Shown: positions 59,891-64,000 of the stretch, piece after piece
Numbering within the stretch: the first letter of the stretch is position 1
Layout: each line of letters opens with the position of its first letter
Assembly: GCA_039621445.1 (NCBI GenBank)
Contig: CP154954.1
Location: 46,975,847-47,039,846, forward strand
DNA: 64,000 nt
Source: Euglena gracilis
Lineage: Eukaryota
Reading direction: 5' to 3'
Program-made: the position numbers and the translations under genes
Notes under the pieces: model-generated
What the model saw: the letters and a program-made list of their open reading frames with translations, nothing else
What the model was told of the DNA's origin: nothing
Database searches by the model: none

Positions 59891-61401
59891 GTATAGAAAA
59901 AAAAAGTGCAAAATCTGAAAGCAAAGGTGTGAAAATCATGCAAATACACAAGAATTATAGAAAGAACATGCAAAAATGGCAACAAAACTAACAAAAATCC
60001 ATGGAATTATGAGGAAAATGCAAATAACATAAAAGATTGCAAAAATGACAAAACAATTGGGTGATTCGCGGAAAAACGCGACAAAAAACAAAAATTTGTG
60101 CTAAAATTAAAACGAAAAATGCGCGAAAAAATGTGCCTTTTTGGACCAAATTTGGGGAAAAAAAGGGAAAAAAAAGCGAAATATAATCCCCCTGACATCG
60201 TGCAGGCGTCAGTGCCATCCTGCTTCACCTGCAGGAACCCAACTGAAACGCGTGCAGGAGCGGATCCCTCTGGCGTGGACCCCTCGCAACTGCCGTCGAT
60301 CCAGCCACAAATGTAACTGTCACAACTGTCACAACTGTCTCAAAAAAATCAGCAGGGTTGGCTGTGAGCCCCCTGAGGCGGACGGAGAGGACAACAAACA
60401 CGCAGCAGGTCGTTGCGTTGGCCCCCTGTTGTCGGTCTCTGCTCCGGCCCCATCGCCCTGCCGTCCTCCGGTGTTTCTGCGACGCCCACACGACGCCCAA
60501 CGCGGGCAGCAGCAGTGCGCGCTACGCGAGAGAGGGCCGGCCGACGGCCAGCTGCAGGTCCCAGCTCTGGCTCACAGCGCCGGAAAAGGAGGGCGGGGAC
60601 CCGGCTTGGGTGTGGCGGGGCGATCAGGGGTAGATGGGAAGCATCGGACCCCCCTGACATGGAGGGGGGGGGGGTCGGACCCCCCCTCCTACATTGAAAC
60701 TGAAGGGGGCCAGGACAATTTTCGGCTTCATGGACTGGCAAAGGCCCGGATACCAAGCCAAAATTGGTTAAAAAAATCCCCCATTTTTTTGAAAGTAAAG
60801 CAAAAATGCTTATTTTTGAACACTTTTTATGTGAAAAACACCAAAACATCCCAGTGCAATTTGCTCAGAAATGAGGGGAAAGGGTGTTTTTTGCTCATTT
60901 TTCAGCGCGCAGTGCCGGAAAAAAAATTTTCTCTATTTTTGGAACTTGCTGAGGAGGGGGGTGGGGGATCCGGACACCCCCTTGCAACATCTGGGGGGGG
61001 ATGGACCAGACCTCCCCCCCTACCACCTTAGCCCTCCCCCCCAAGAGGGGGGTCCGGACCCCCCCACCACCAACCTCAAAGCTGAAGGGCTTCCCATCTA
61101 TCGTGGGCCCCCCTCCCCCCCCCCTGAACGACACACCCACTTCCGGGGCAGGGCCTGCACGAGGCTGGGGGCGGGCGGCGGCGACGGCAGCGAGACGAGC
61201 CAGAAGTCGGTGGCAGTGGGCGCAGGCGAAGCGTGGGGGTCGCGGTGGGCCCCAACGAGAAATTGGTGATGGAGGTTTTGGTGGTCGCCAGTGACTGGTT
61301 GCTCGCTACCATGGTCGCTGGCGACCAGTCGATAGAAAGTGGTCGCTAGCGACCATTGGTGGTCGGGCCGACTAGTCACTAGCGACCACCAATTAAAAAG
61401 C

Positions 61402-62256
61402 CCACCCCCCTCTTAAAGAAAAGTTTTTAAGCCCCCACCCCCTTCCCCAAAAAAACTCATTCAAATCTGAAGGAAAATGACTCGAAACCCACCCAAATGC
61501 TTCAAACACCTCCATTCGGGGTCAATTTGCAAAAAAAAAATTGGGTAAGATCCGAAGGCCAACTAAGTTCATTGCGGAGCGCGATTCGGTTATCCTTGCC
61601 TTGCACACACAAGGGGATTTTGTTATTGAAGCGCGAGGGGTCCGGGGCAGGCTGTTTTTTACCAACCCCGGGGGGGAGGGGGTCCGGAGTGCCTTGAGGC
61701 AGGCACTAACCCCCCGAAGGGATCGGATTTCGGCCTGTGCCCAGGAACTTTCCTCAGAAAATAGGCCATTTTCCTTGAAAATAGGCCTTTTTGAGCCTTC
61801 TGGCACCCTCGGCGCCGGAGTGCCTGCCAGGCACTTTTGGCCAAGTGCCCTACCCCCCCCCCTGGGGGGTCAGATTTTTGTACCTTGAAGTGCCTGTCCA
61901 GGCAGCCCCCCCCCCCCCCCGGGGTGGGATTGGTACCCGGCTAAAATGCAGCCTGATCCGGGGGAGGCCGTAGGCCGACTAAATTCATTATGGAGCGCAA
62001 TTCGGTCATCCATGCTTTGCACACACAGGGGGATTTTGTTATTGGAGGGCGGGGGGGGGGTCTGGGGGGCAGCTTGCACAGGCACCTTCAGCAGAACAGC
62101 CCCCAAAAGAACTCATTACCCTGATTTTTTCACAAATTGACCCCCCGAAAGGAGGTTTTTAAAGGCATTTGGGTGGGTTTCGAGTCATTTTCCTTCATAT
62201 TTAAATGAGTTTTCTTGGGCAGGGGGGACTTAAAACTTTTCTTGGAGGGGGGGTGG
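61402..62256. mobile_element. MITE-like element with ~100-bp TIRs inside a GGTCGCTAGCGACC palindromic repeat
   Basis: 61402-61500 and 62165-62256 are reverse complements (...gaaggaaaatgactcgaaacccacccaaatgc). Flanks 61275-61395 and 62260-62355 share tggtggtc/gctagcgac motifs. Confidence 0.7.
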
Positions 62257-64000
62257 ACTGATTATTGGTGGTCAGGCCGACTAGTCGGCCCCACCACAAA
62301 TGGTCAGTAGGCCATCACCAACAGTCGCTAGCGACTAGTCGCTAGCCACCACCAAAAAATACATTCCCAGTTTCCCGCAATGAAGCGTCGCGGTGGGTTG
62401 GGCTGCTTTATTGGGCGGGAAGGCAACGTGAGGATGGGTCATGCGCACAGGCAGCCCTCCCCCTTGATCACAGTGAGGACGAAGCAATGAGATTTCGCAG
62501 ACGCGCTCTGCCGCTTCTTTCATTCCACCAAATTAAAAATTAATTAAACCAAATTAGTCAATTTAATAATAAAGCAGTCCACCCTCCTTGACCGATTGGC
62601 TTCATGTTCAAGATGTTTGTCGTTTGTTGCAAGCCTTGCTCTCCTCCCATATTCTGAAACTGACATTCTTCTTTAAAAAAATGCTTAATAAAAATATATT
62701 AAGTTTACCACTCACAGTTTAAGTATTAAGTTTACCACTCACGGCGAGGAACATCTGTTGATGCAGTTTTCAACGAATCGAACAACATAATCTCCCACTG
62801 CAAGGTTATCAGAAAAATGACCGAAAAGAAGGCTCGGGTCTTGTCAAGGGGGACATTTCATCGCAGAGATGCTGGAGGTTTGGTTGGGCTGCCGGACTCT
62901 GTTGCTGGTGTTTTCCGAGGAAGCCACTGGATGTCCCACATGTACCAGTCTGTGGCACGGTTCAGGAAGAGACGGTCGATGTCCGTTCGAAGCACCGTTG
63001 CCGGTCGTTGTAGCATGGGGAATGTTCTGAACCTCCAATGGTGTTTGAGGATGGCAAGGAAAAGGAGAGCATTCAACCCCTCTACTCAATATTCGGTTAT
63101 CACAAGTGTTAAAAACGTTCATGTTACTTCTTTGAGTGGGACAGCTTCCAAAGCAGCATTGAACACCACTTATCTTGCCTGAGAATTCTGGATGGGACAT
63201 TTCTTATGAAAAATGGGCTTGTTTTCAGTGTTTGTTGCATTTTCTCATCACTCCTGGCCTTTCAACGAAAAGCACCAAACAAGGCAAAGAAACTCAAAAA
63301 ACACTCCAACCATGCCCCAGGCGCTGGTACGTTGCAGATCGGGCATGGAAGCGCGCCATGTAATACTGCAACCTGCAGAGGGAAGGGGGAGGGAGCCTTA
63401 ACTCCAATGGTCATTTCCAAAGATTGCCACTCCGTCCCAACCCTCCCTGCCAACCAGGAGTGTTTGTCACAGAGCAGACAATTGGGGGCCACCCCCTCTC
63501 CTTATGGTGACAAGGAGTAGCCCCCCCCCCCCAAGGGTGGACCGCCAAAGGAGGTGCATGGGGATAGAGTGGACACCATGGCTGGGAGAAACAGATTCTG
63601 AACACACCGTGCCTTGTACAAGCGGTCCTGTTCCGGGAAGTCACCCCCTTCGTCTTGCATGGCGTGCACGTCAATGACCTCGCGGCACATTGGGCATGTT
63701 GGGGACTCACCCTTCCCCATCCACTCCTGGCATCTGGATCGCACTTTGAATTGAACAAACGCCTTGGGATAGACATGCTTGCTGCGTTCAAACAAAGCAT
63801 TTTCAGAGGCCATTATCAAATTTGTTATTATTACTATTATTAGAATTATTACAAGCACGGTGGGCCTGTGCTGACACACAGGCCGGATACGCGGTTCCAA
63901 GGGCTACATTTATAGGCCAGGCATGGGCTCCAGCTCGTCTGGATGGGGCGCTTTCTCCCCCTACGGTCACCTTCGCTCGGCAAGTCGCGCGGTCGCGGAT

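Noticed and set aside
60400-61260. GC-rich islands as exons of a second host gene
   Set aside because: I could not determine strand, frame or product with any confidence.

Overview
Repeat-dense eukaryotic genomic DNA (organism not identifiable from the sequence) with many G/C homopolymers. The centre (about 18.2-46.2 kb) is a nested retroelement island. It holds a nearly intact DIRS1-type tyrosine-recombinase retrotransposon (DIRS-A, 18194-22688), a frameshifted second DIRS family (DIRS-B, 22823-27510) and several DIRS fragments. It also holds a 12.1-kb Ty3/Gypsy chromodomain LTR retrotransposon (31657-43731, 4-bp TSD GCGA) inserted into the right end of another DIRS-B copy. The most striking feature is that this Gypsy element carries two DNA methyltransferase domains in tandem between Gag and protease: a C5-cytosine MTase and a DIRS-like N6-adenine (NPPW) MTase. 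This implies an ancestral Gag-C5MT-N6MT-PR-RT-RH-IN-chromodomain polyprotein. The copy is disabled by a ~150-bp inversion of U5/PBS/gag start plus stops and frameshifts. The flanks contain MITE-like TIR elements, a hAT-like element with an 8-bp TSD, minisatellites, a tRNA-Val-derived SINE-like unit and a probable multi-exon host gene on the minus strand (~49.7-57.0 kb). All calls come from manual motif reading; no searches were run.
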